Shown one piece after another: positions 47,572-56,137 of a stretch of 64,000 nucleotides of DNA. The position numbers and the translations under genes were made by a program. How positions within the stretch are numbered: position 1 is the stretch's first letter; every line of letters begins with the position of its first letter. The notes under the pieces were generated by a model, which had not been told where the DNA came from, ran no database searches, and worked only from the letters and a program-made list of their open reading frames with translations. This DNA is from Bacteroidaceae bacterium (lineage in GTDB: Bacteria; Bacteroidota; Bacteroidia; Bacteroidales; Bacteroidaceae): NCBI GenBank assembly GCA_036303125.1, contig JAXJBE010000278.1, positions 299 to 64,298 on the forward strand, written 5' to 3'.

Positions 47572-48852
47572 CTAATTTAATGATTCTAAACCCAAAAATC
47601 CTTCCCACCTCGCCACTAACGGATGGCCATACTGTTCAAAACCTCCTTCCACATGAACAGTAGCGCATCGCTTTGCCCACAAACAACGATGAACAGAACT
47701 CTGTGAATGTTGATTCACCTCAAACTCCAGCACATAGTCGCCCTTGCTCATGTAACGAGGTAGCTTTATTCGGCGGTGCAGCGAGAAATCGCCAATCGGA
47801 ACATCTTCTGCCACTCCCTTATACGCTCCTTCAGAAAAAGTGGCCATGGGAACCTCACTCATATTGAAGAACTTCAACTGAACATTTGCCTTGAATGGTT
47901 CTGTGGTTGTCCCTTCAAAAAGAATATCAAGGTATTCTTGATTACTCTCGATTGTACTCTCCGTATAAGGAGTTCCATTTATTTCAAGCTTCTTTATCGT
48001 AACATAAGAGGCGAGCTGGTCTATATGATCTGTTATCAGTCCATGCTCAAGATGAGAATTATTCTGCAGATAATAGTTTACAGCATCCTCTGTGCCACCA
48101 TCATAGACCAATGTGCCATTTTGCAATACAACTCCCCTCGTACACAGATTCTTCACAGCTGCCATGTTATGACTAACAAACAAGACGGTTCGGCCTTCCG
48201 AATGCGCCACGTCATTCATCTTTCCTATAGCCTTCTTCTGGAACTCCGCATCACCTACTGTCAGCACCTCATCAACGACAAGTATCTCGGGTTCAAGAAA
48301 GGCTGCGACAGCAAATCCAAGACGGACTGTCATGCCAGAGGAATAACGCTTGACAGGAGTGTCGAGATAACGTTCCACTCCTGCAAAGTCAACAATCTCG
48401 TCCAACTTACGTGTTATCTCCGACTTTGTCATTCCCATTATGGATCCATTCATGTAAATGTTCTCACGACCCGTCATCTCTGGATGGAAACCAGTGCCGA
48501 CCTCAAGGAGTGATGCAATACGGCCGTTGTAGCGGATGGTGCCAGTAGAGGGTGAGGTGATGCGCGACAGGAGCTTCAGGAGGGTAGACTTGCCAGCTCC
48601 ATTCTTGCCGATGATACCAACGACATCGCCCTGCTCCACCTTAAACGATATGTCCTTAAGAGCCCACACATAGTCTGAGTGTCCCTTATGCGCGCGGTCG
48701 TTTGCCTCACCTATCTTAAGATAAGGATCCTCTTTGCGAAGAACATTAACAGCCCACCATCTGTTGAGGTCATGGGACAGCGTGCCTGTGCCAACGCGAC
48801 CAAGTCGGTACTGCTTGCCAACTGAATCAAATTCGATTGCTATTTGTTTCAT
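47572..48852 (-). CDS. wzt: Polysaccharide ABC-transporter ATP-binding protein with a C-terminal extension (Wzt type)
   Basis: Walker A (GKNGAGKST), signature (YSSGMTVRLGF) and Walker B (ILVVDE), then a ~170-aa beta-rich C-terminal domain. Confidence 0.85.
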   Translation of the reverse strand: MKQIAIEFDSVGKQYRLGRVGTGTLSHDLNRWWAVNVLRKEDPYLKIGEANDRAHKGHSDYVWALKDISFKVEQGDVVGIIGKNGAGKSTLLKLLSRITSPSTGTIRYNGRIASLLEVGTGFHPEMTGRENIYMNGSIMGMTKSEITRKLDEIVDFAGVERYLDTPVKRYSSGMTVRLGFAVAAFLEPEILVVDEVLTVGDAEFQKKAIGKMNDVAHSEGRTVLFVSHNMAAVKNLCTRGVVLQNGTLVYDGGTEDAVNYYLQNNSHLEHGLITDHIDQLASYVTIKKLEINGTPYTESTIESNQEYLDILFEGTTTEPFKANVQLKFFNMSEVPMATFSEGAYKGVAEDVPIGDFSLHRRIKLPRYMSKGDYVLEFEVNQHSQSSVHRCLWAKRCATVHVEGGFEQYGHPLVARWEGFLGLESLN

Positions 48853-50604
48853 AAACGATAACGTTTATTGCTGTGAAATTTTGCCTTTTTTGTGAAGATA
48901 CCTTCGCAGGCTCTTGAAGGTATCTTCGCAGGCCAATGAAAGTATCTTCATGAGCCGATGAAGGTACCTTCACATTTTTCATACGTTTTATACCATTATT
49001 TTTTTCTATCTTACAAGTATGGCTCTTAGTTTTCTTGTCATAATTGATTCCAACAAGAATGATGTTGCCTGAGTACTCTGCCAACTTGGAATAATAAGAT
49101 TGGTTCTTAATCTGCGCGATAGCTTTTTCCGCAGAATGTCCACACTTTAATTCCATCAATATAGCAGGTACATCCACATTCTTACGGGGTATAAAGACGA
49201 GATCTGCATAACCTTTGCCTGTTGCATATTCTCGATGGATGATATAATCATCCTGCGCACTGATATATGCCATGGAAAGTACACATGCCAAGGAATTCTC
49301 GTCATTATAAGAGAGAATGCTGACATTCTCATCATGTACTTGCTCTATGCCTTGCGCCACGGCCATCTCGTTGCAGTTAAGTGTGGCATCCAACAAGTCA
49401 TAAGAGTCTGATATCGCCTTAGCCAATCTTGTCCAATTTGTTGATTCAACAGCATTGGTTAGTTCGTCAGCCACTTCTTTATTGGGTATAAAACACCTAC
49501 TCGTATCTTCGTCAAATGCGAGATAGCCAAGGTGAATAAGAACAGTCAATACATCATCCCTGCTTGATATAGCATGTATGTCATTCAGAAATTTTGTCGT
49601 ATTTACACGGACTGACTCTCCCGACAGCATCTTGATGACACTGTCTTTTAATCCATCGAAGTTCATCTGAATATAGGTCTTGACTGAATCATAAGCACCC
49701 GTATTGGACCAGTAACTCTTGCATTTATGACGCTGTATAGCCCTGCTAACTGAGTATGGGTTATAAATGGACTTCACTTTCCCTATTTTATATCCATCGT
49801 ACCATTGTTTCAAACCATCCTTATCAGCGTCATGCTTTGCCGCCAAAAACTCAACCTCTTCTCTTGTAAAGCCGAAGAATGGAGCCAAATCACCAGGATC
49901 CACCATTGAATACTCCTCGAAATTGTTGAGAGCGGACTGAGTATTGTATTTCTTGATAGGAAGGATGCCTGTCATATATACTCCAGCAAATACATCTTTC
50001 GAGTTTTGTGTCTTGAATAGACGACGAAGCAACATCACGTATTCATCCATAACCGTCATATCAGGATAATCTTCAGATATGACATCGCCACACTCACGAC
50101 ATATAGCGTCCCACTCATCTATAATAAGGATGAACTTTTCCCCCGTAGCACAATGAACAGCAAAAAGGACATCCATAAGATCAGCAGAGTCAGCCACGCG
50201 CACGTCCGGATATGCCAAAAGGATCTCTTCACCAATTGCTGTTTGCATGGCACTCACCAACTACCCTTTCACACTCGGATTGGAAGTGAATGTTGTCACG
50301 TCAAGCTTAATAACAGGATACTTGTTCAAATGTTCCTCAAAAGAAGGATCTCTTGCAATCTTAAAAGGAACGAAAAGAGAACGACTGTCACATGACTTAT
50401 CATAATAAGCATACAACATGTCAGCAGCCATAGTCTTCCCGAAACGACGGCAGCGAGTGACACAACTGAGACTACGCTCTGTGCACAAAGTTTTATTGAT
50501 GTATGCTATCAACTCCGTCTTATCAACATAATCGCCGTTGACAGCCTGTCGAAAGCCCGCATTACCTTTATTGATAAATTACCTTTATTGATAAATGTAC
50601 CCAT
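48827..50604 (-). pseudogene. Decayed AAA-ATPase-like / PD-(D/E)XK gene
   Basis: The ATG at 50604 is followed by an exact 17-bp tandem duplication (50562-50578 = 50579-50595), which shifts the frame. Removing one copy restores MGTFINKGNAGFRQAVNGDYVDKTELIAYINK...RRFGKTMAADML. An in-frame TAG at 50263-50261 then interrupts ...NPSVKG*LVSAMQTAIG.... Confidence 0.8.
48893..48980. repeat. 4 x 22-bp tandem repeat, each unit carrying a 12-14-bp palindrome
   Basis: Units start at 48893, 48915, 48937 and 48959, with cores TGAAGATACCTTC, TGAAGGTATCTTC, TGAAAGTATCTTCA and TGAAGGTACCTTCA; the last is a perfect 14-bp palindrome. The nearest unit lies 41 bp upstream of the wzt ATG. Confidence 0.9.
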
Positions 50605-50643
50605 GATATAATTTTAAGGCAGAAACAACAATTACAATAGGAA

Positions 50644-51483
50644 CTATACCGTATCCATGAAATTGCGCTCGGTGCGAGAAAAGACTATGACAGAGAAGCA
50701 GAGGGTGATAAGCATGAATACAACACTGTAAAGAAGGCCTCCCCAGTCAAGACTTCCACAGCCAAGGGTCGAATACTTGAAGGCCTCGAAGATGGGAGTG
50801 AGGGGATTAAGCGCTATGATGTCACGGTATTTCTCCGGAGCTGCAGAGAGCGGATAGATAACAGGTGTCGCGTACATGAAAAGCTGGATGCCAAACTGTA
50901 TGAGGAACTTCATATCACGATATTTGGTAGTCATTGACGAGATAATCAATCCCCAAGACATGCCATGCATGGCCAACATGAATATCAAAACAGGAAAGAG
51001 TAGCACGGAAGAACTGACATGGAGTGTTCCTGCTGGTAATGTGAATACATAATAGATGTAGATGGCTATAAAGATACAAAGCTGAATAAGCATCTTGAGC
51101 AAGGCACTTGTCACTCCAGACAAAGGCACTATGAGTCGAGGGAAATATACCTTGCCGAAGACATTAGCGTTAAGACCAAAAACGTCATTTGACACTGTGA
51201 AGCACTCGTTGAAATAGCCCCACAAAACAATACCAGCCATATAAAAAAGCGGTTGAGGCGCCCCATCGGTAGATATGCCAGCCAATCCACCAAAGACAAA
51301 CATATACATGATGGTGGTAAATAGAGGCTGAATGACATACCAAAGAGGACCAAGAATAGTCTGCTTGTACTGAGTGACAATATCGCGGCGGATGTACATT
51401 GTGTAAAGATCGCGATAGCGCCATATTCCTTTAAGGTCAATATCAGTCCACCTACGATTAGGTCTTATTTCTGTTGTAAACAT
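50644..51483 (-). CDS. wzm: ABC-2-type polysaccharide export permease
   Basis: 279 aa with 6 TM helices and the N-terminal YRDLYTMYIRRDIVTQYKQTILGPLWYVIQPL motif of Wzm/TagG/KpsM. Confidence 0.85.
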   Translation of the reverse strand: MFTTEIRPNRRWTDIDLKGIWRYRDLYTMYIRRDIVTQYKQTILGPLWYVIQPLFTTIMYMFVFGGLAGISTDGAPQPLFYMAGIVLWGYFNECFTVSNDVFGLNANVFGKVYFPRLIVPLSGVTSALLKMLIQLCIFIAIYIYYVFTLPAGTLHVSSSVLLFPVLIFMLAMHGMSWGLIISSMTTKYRDMKFLIQFGIQLFMYATPVIYPLSAAPEKYRDIIALNPLTPIFEAFKYSTLGCGSLDWGGLLYSVVFMLITLCFSVIVFSRTERNFMDTV

Positions 51484-51498
51484 AAGATAGGAATATTG

Positions 51499-51695
51499 AA
51501 ACTGGTAATAGCTGGAATAGTTTGGATAGCAGGGATAGCCATTATAGCCGGGATAGTATTGATAGCTGAAATAACTATTATAGCTGGAATAGCAGAGATA
51601 GAAAAAATAGAGGCAATAGAAAGAATAGCAGAAATAGGCTATGCAGGATGTGCGCTATTGATGCTATTGTGCTATTATTGCTATTAAGCTATTTC
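51499..51695. repeat. 9-bp-periodic ATAG/CTAT palindromic array R1
   Basis: ATAG (one ATAA) recurs every exactly 9 bp at 15 consecutive registers, 51508-51634. The core CTATGCAGGATGT follows, then 5 CTAT units of opposite polarity (51655-51689). Confidence 0.9.
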
Positions 51696-52252
51696 TTTGG
51701 ATTATTATTTTGTCTAGCCGCAAGGCGCACTTGAGTCATTTTCTCTCTTAGACCTCCATTGGCGATGAAATCCTGCTCAAGCTTGGCTATGTATTTGTTC
51801 ATGGCAGTGTCAACCTGATGGATGAGGGTAATGGCGGTATTGGCCATCTCCTCATCTGACCACTTGGCATAATAGCGGTTATAATCTGTAGTATCGTTGT
51901 GAATGAAACAATAGTTGACGAGGGAGTTATAGCGTGGATGGGATGTGTCCCATAAAGAAAGATTGTGCACTCTAAGATAATCGTGATAGTCAGCAAGAAG
52001 TTCCGCCAGACTTGCACGGGCTACATTGTTGAGTTTGATCTCTGTCTCTGTACTGGTCATTGCTGCCTCTGTTCCCTCAATGATATTCTGCTTGCCCGAA
52101 CGTGCCGCCTGAATCATCTGGTCGACTGTGCGGTCACCCTTGGAGAGATAGGTGGTGGCAAAGTAGTAGGTGAGATCATAAAGGCAGACGGTCTTCTTGT
52201 AGAAGATGAGGTTTTGATATCCTTTGCGGCGGAGGAATGTAGCAGGAGGCAT
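51689..52252 (-). CDS. Four-helix-bundle protein (23S rRNA intervening-sequence protein / Avd family) with a suffix domain
   Basis: FYKKTVCLYDLTYYF...DRTVDQMIQAARSGKQNIIEG...ARASLAELLADYHDYL. The start is set at MPPATF (52252), because the upstream part of the ORF is repeat R2. Confidence 0.7.
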   Translation of the reverse strand: MPPATFLRRKGYQNLIFYKKTVCLYDLTYYFATTYLSKGDRTVDQMIQAARSGKQNIIEGTEAAMTSTETEIKLNNVARASLAELLADYHDYLRVHNLSLWDTSHPRYNSLVNYCFIHNDTTDYNRYYAKWSDEEMANTAITLIHQVDTAMNKYIAKLEQDFIANGGLREKMTQVRLAARQNNNPKK

Positions 52253-52261
52253 GGGGATTGT

Positions 52262-52430
52262 TTTTTTAATAGTTTGAATAGCTAAAATAGATGGTATAGC
52301 TACAATTAACAAGATGCTGAGATAGATAAGATAGCTTTGATAGCTGGAATAGACTATGCAGGGTGTTGGCTATTAAAGCTATAATGGCTATCACCGCTAT
52401 TCAAACCATCACCGCTATTCAAGCTATGAC
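52262..52430. repeat. 9-bp-periodic ATAG/CTAT palindromic array R2
   Basis: ATAG registers run 52269-52349 (one slip of 1 nt). The core CTATGCAGGGTGT starts at 52354, followed by CTAT every 9 bp at 52370-52424. Same orientation and architecture as R1. Confidence 0.9.
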
Positions 52431-52432
52431 TA

Positions 52433-53557
52433 CTACTCATTCAGCATGCTTTCTATAGGAGCCATGAGGGCTTCGATGTCAAACTCATATCCTCGCATTT
52501 CACTCTTCATGCGATAGTCATCCATAAGGCTTGGCTTGTCAAGGAACTGTTTGATGCCATCATACAAACCATTCTCTGAATTAGGCACCATGAGAGCGCA
52601 CTCTCCATTCTTGAAGATTTCATTATTTTCAGGAGTTTTTGTAGCCACAATCGGCATTCCAAGTATGAGGGCTTTCACCGCTGCTGAACTGTATGAGCAA
52701 CATACATACAGTTGTCCATGCACAATATAACGGTAAGGATTGGGGTGAGAACCAAATAGTTTAATCTTATTCTCCAACCCCCTGTCTTTAATGAAATGTT
52801 CAAGAATACCCATCTCCAGACCGTCGCCAAAGATCCAGAGGCCAACATCATAACCCTCATTGTTCAATCGGTGAACCACTTTCAATAAGCGACCGTATGC
52901 GTTGTCTGCCTCCAAGCGGCCTTGAGTAACCAGACGAACCGCCACCTTGTTGGGATCTTCCTTAGTGGCATTGAGAGACTTCAGTCTCACAGACAAAGAA
53001 TCTATAGGGGAATATATCATACGGACAGGAGTTGTCACTTCGGGAAACTGCTTTTTGAATGCCTCCTTGATGAGATTGGTGACGCATATCACACCATCAA
53101 AGGTATTATATGCCTTTATCTCCTCCTTGGGGTTGTTATACAGTTCTGCTGTCCAATGGTTCTTATTCAAATCAGTATGAACCCAAGCATATTTCTTCGC
53201 CTTCTTATTGGTAGAGTAGCTAAGCAACTTAGTCACAAATCCTTCGCCACACGCTATCTCCACATCTGCCCCTTTCGGCACATAAAGCTTATACACCCAT
53301 GACATAGGCAACTTGCGATAAATCCACTTAGATTTAGTGCTGTCTGCGTTGCCCTTGATGAGATACTTGTATTTCACATTATCTCTGATAGTTGACTCGA
53401 ACGAACCGCCCTTGTTTATTGAACAAACTGTGATGTCATACTTCGTCTTATCAATATATTCCACGATTGTTGACAGGGTTTTCGCAGCTTTCTCGTTACG
53501 CAATGATTCTATAAGAAAAAGAACCTTACGTTTAGGAACATTTCCTTCCATATTCAT
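52433..53557 (-). CDS. Glycosyltransferase family 4 (paralog with a degenerate N-terminal GGAEK motif)
   Basis: KVLFLIESLRNEKAAKTLSTIVEYIDKTKYDITVCSI ... KLPMSWVYKLYVPKGADVEIA aligns with the 45424-46557 product. Confidence 0.7.
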   Translation of the reverse strand: MNMEGNVPKRKVLFLIESLRNEKAAKTLSTIVEYIDKTKYDITVCSINKGGSFESTIRDNVKYKYLIKGNADSTKSKWIYRKLPMSWVYKLYVPKGADVEIACGEGFVTKLLSYSTNKKAKKYAWVHTDLNKNHWTAELYNNPKEEIKAYNTFDGVICVTNLIKEAFKKQFPEVTTPVRMIYSPIDSLSVRLKSLNATKEDPNKVAVRLVTQGRLEADNAYGRLLKVVHRLNNEGYDVGLWIFGDGLEMGILEHFIKDRGLENKIKLFGSHPNPYRYIVHGQLYVCCSYSSAAVKALILGMPIVATKTPENNEIFKNGECALMVPNSENGLYDGIKQFLDKPSLMDDYRMKSEMRGYEFDIEALMAPIESMLNE

Positions 53558-53596
53558 ATTGTGAGTTTTCTATTGGACTTATTATTAAGTGGCATT

Positions 53597-53604
53597 CAAA
53601 ATTA
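53597..53604 (-). promoter_or_regulatory. -7 box TAATTTTG (internal promoter candidate)
   Basis: Reverse complement of CAAAATTA, 40 nt upstream of the 53557 start. Confidence 0.3.
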
Positions 53605-53645
53605 TCTTATATTTACATAGCAGGTGTTTTCTAATATCTTAGTCT

Positions 53646-56102
53646 TCATTCATCATCTCTTGCGTATCCACCATACGTGCCGTAACGATGGTATCCATAA
53701 TATGACAATGCATCGGCTGTGCCATTGAGGATGAGCGACATCTTTGGCAACTTATCCTCTTCATAGTACGCCTGTATATCTGGGAGAAGACTCTTATCCA
53801 TGTGTTCCGCACGAATTACGAACAGGGTGGCATCTGAATATTTACCAATGATTGACGCGTCAGCTATAATCTCCGCAGGAGGGCAGTCGAGAATGATGTA
53901 AGCATACTCATCACGCAGTTCGTCCAACAGTTCCTTCAGACGATCGTCAAACAACAATTCCGTCGGATTAGGAGGAATTGTGCCCACAGGCACAACATCC
54001 AGATACTGGTGAGTGGCATTGCGAATGACCACATCGTCAAAACTGTCTGTCACACCAGACAAATAATCAGCTATACCAATCTTTGGTTTACCAACCATAG
54101 CAGAAAGAGAAGCCTTGCGGAGATCCAGGTCGATGGCAAGAACCTTCTGCTTTTTTATGGCAAAAGAAGTGATAAGATTAGTCACCACAAACGTCTTGCC
54201 TGAATTGGGCATAAATGACGTACTCATTATCACACGTCCACGTCCCCCCTTAGCTGTCATAAACTCAATGTTGGTACGTATTACTCGGAAGGCCTCATTG
54301 ACAACATTGCGTGAGTGGTCTTTCACCAAGATGTGCAAGGTCTTATCCTCCACAAAATCTTCAAGAGGAGAAAGCATATTGTGTATGTTGGTCCACATCT
54401 TTTTCCATGGTCCGAAAAGCTTCTCCGAGAACGTGCGGTGGTGACGGTAGAGCGGCACTTCTCCGATGAATGGTATAGTCAATTCTGCCAAATCCTTACG
54501 AGTGCGCACCTTATTGTTCATAGCTTCAAGCAGGAATATCAGAGCTGCGGGAACGGCAAGACCTGCAACAAAACCGATAATCCATACCATCTGAGGTATG
54601 GGGAATGTAGGGATATTAGAGCCTGTAGGAGAAGAAATCATGCGAGTGTTGTAAGCCGTGAAAGCTTGAGAGAGTTCATTTTCCTCTCTCTTCTGCAAAA
54701 GGTAGAGATACAGATTCTCTTTCACCTTCTGCTGACGTTCCACAGAAAGCAAATACTGAGACTGAGCAGGCGCAGATGCAATCTTCTGATTTGCAGCACC
54801 CCTCACAGACTGAGCTGCCCTCAACGACACATTCAGAGTAGCTATATAATTGTCAATGGAAGCAATCAGAGCACTGCGAAGCCCATCAAGCTGTTGGTCC
54901 TTGCGCTGCACTAATGGGTTCTGCTCTGATGTGACATTAAGCATGTTGTTGCGTGCAAGAAGCAGATTGTTATACTCTGAAATCTGCGAACCCAAGTTTG
55001 CGTTGTCAAATGTCTGGTTAGCAGGTATCAACGTATACTTGTTAGCTGAATTGGTCAGATAATTGCGCACATAACGAGCCATATACAACTGACTGTTAAG
55101 CTCTGTAGCTTGCTGTGTAGCACTACTTACCTGCTCTATATACATGCTTGAGACATCATTAGCACCAGAAGGTATCAGATTGGCAGACTTGTAAGATGAG
55201 ATATCCTCCTCCACACTGCCAAGCTCCTTTTCGATGACACTAAGACGCTCCTTTATAAACTCAGAAGCAGCAACAGTCTTGCGATTGCAGTCCACCATCC
55301 AACTGTCGTCATAGACAGCCAAGAGAGCGGAAATGACATCTTCTGCCCTTTGAGGACTTTCATCCATATATGTGATATTGATGATTGAAGACTGGTCGCC
55401 CATGGCACTGACGCTGAGATTGGACATGACCTTGGCTATGGCTATCTGCAATGGCTGGCGATCCACCCTCACCGAAAGCTCCATTTGCGCGTTATTGTCC
55501 ACCTTCTGCACGTCAACATTTCCGATAGGGGTCTTCGCCACCTTGCCCACCTTACCTTTCACAGTTCCAGAAACAGGCTCACCATTACGAGTGAAATCAG
55601 ACATCACGTATGTACCATCACCCTTCAGTTCAAACATGAAGTCCGCCGCCTCTTGGTCATTCAACTGCAATGGAAGAATCTTCACAGGAAGATTGCTTCC
55701 ATACACTATCTCTTCATGGAAGCGTCCCACTCCATAGCATGCAACATCCAACCTAAGATTCTTTACAGCCGTGGCAGCGAAATCCCGAGACTTGAGCGTG
55801 TACATCTCATCCGTCAAATCCACACCACTGCTGATGAAAGACATCTGACTCTGCACTTCCTTAGCATCATTCTTTATCTTTATTGACGCTGTACGAGTGT
55901 ATATAGGCGCAGTAGTCTTCAGATACAAATAGCTGCCAGCCAGTCCCAACGCTACGCATAATACAAACCAGTACCACCTTGAAGCAAATAGAGTGATAAA
56001 TTCCATCGCTTTAGCCATCGGGCTCACCTTTCGCTGCATCTGAGCAGTACCCGACAGTTGCGGAGCCACCGTTGCCGGTGATTGATTATTAAGAGGTAAC
56101 AT
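53646..56102 (-). CDS. wzc: Wzc/GumC-type polysaccharide co-polymerase fused to a BY tyrosine autokinase
   Basis: 818 aa: an N-terminal TM helix, a long coiled periplasmic region and a second TM helix. These are followed by Walker A (MPNSGKTFVVTNL) and a C-terminal Tyr cluster (SYYGYHRYGTYGGY). Confidence 0.85.
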   Translation of the reverse strand: MLPLNNQSPATVAPQLSGTAQMQRKVSPMAKAMEFITLFASRWYWFVLCVALGLAGSYLYLKTTAPIYTRTASIKIKNDAKEVQSQMSFISSGVDLTDEMYTLKSRDFAATAVKNLRLDVACYGVGRFHEEIVYGSNLPVKILPLQLNDQEAADFMFELKGDGTYVMSDFTRNGEPVSGTVKGKVGKVAKTPIGNVDVQKVDNNAQMELSVRVDRQPLQIAIAKVMSNLSVSAMGDQSSIINITYMDESPQRAEDVISALLAVYDDSWMVDCNRKTVAASEFIKERLSVIEKELGSVEEDISSYKSANLIPSGANDVSSMYIEQVSSATQQATELNSQLYMARYVRNYLTNSANKYTLIPANQTFDNANLGSQISEYNNLLLARNNMLNVTSEQNPLVQRKDQQLDGLRSALIASIDNYIATLNVSLRAAQSVRGAANQKIASAPAQSQYLLSVERQQKVKENLYLYLLQKREENELSQAFTAYNTRMISSPTGSNIPTFPIPQMVWIIGFVAGLAVPAALIFLLEAMNNKVRTRKDLAELTIPFIGEVPLYRHHRTFSEKLFGPWKKMWTNIHNMLSPLEDFVEDKTLHILVKDHSRNVVNEAFRVIRTNIEFMTAKGGRGRVIMSTSFMPNSGKTFVVTNLITSFAIKKQKVLAIDLDLRKASLSAMVGKPKIGIADYLSGVTDSFDDVVIRNATHQYLDVVPVGTIPPNPTELLFDDRLKELLDELRDEYAYIILDCPPAEIIADASIIGKYSDATLFVIRAEHMDKSLLPDIQAYYEEDKLPKMSLILNGTADALSYYGYHRYGTYGGYARDDE

Positions 56103-56137
56103 AAGAATTGCAATAAATTACTGTCAATCTTTCAACA

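Noticed and set aside
51496-51687. + strand ORF encoding MKLVIAGIVWIAGIAIIAGIVLIAEITIIAG... (63 aa)
   Set aside because: The 3-aa periodic peptide is simply the translation of the 9-bp-periodic ATAG array R1. It has no start context or promoter, and it lies antisense to the operon.
51689-52252. Diversity-generating retroelement, since the four-helix-bundle protein is in the same family as the DGR Avd
   Set aside because: There is no reverse transcriptase ORF anywhere in the window. I found no template/variable repeat pair with adenine-specific differences nearby.
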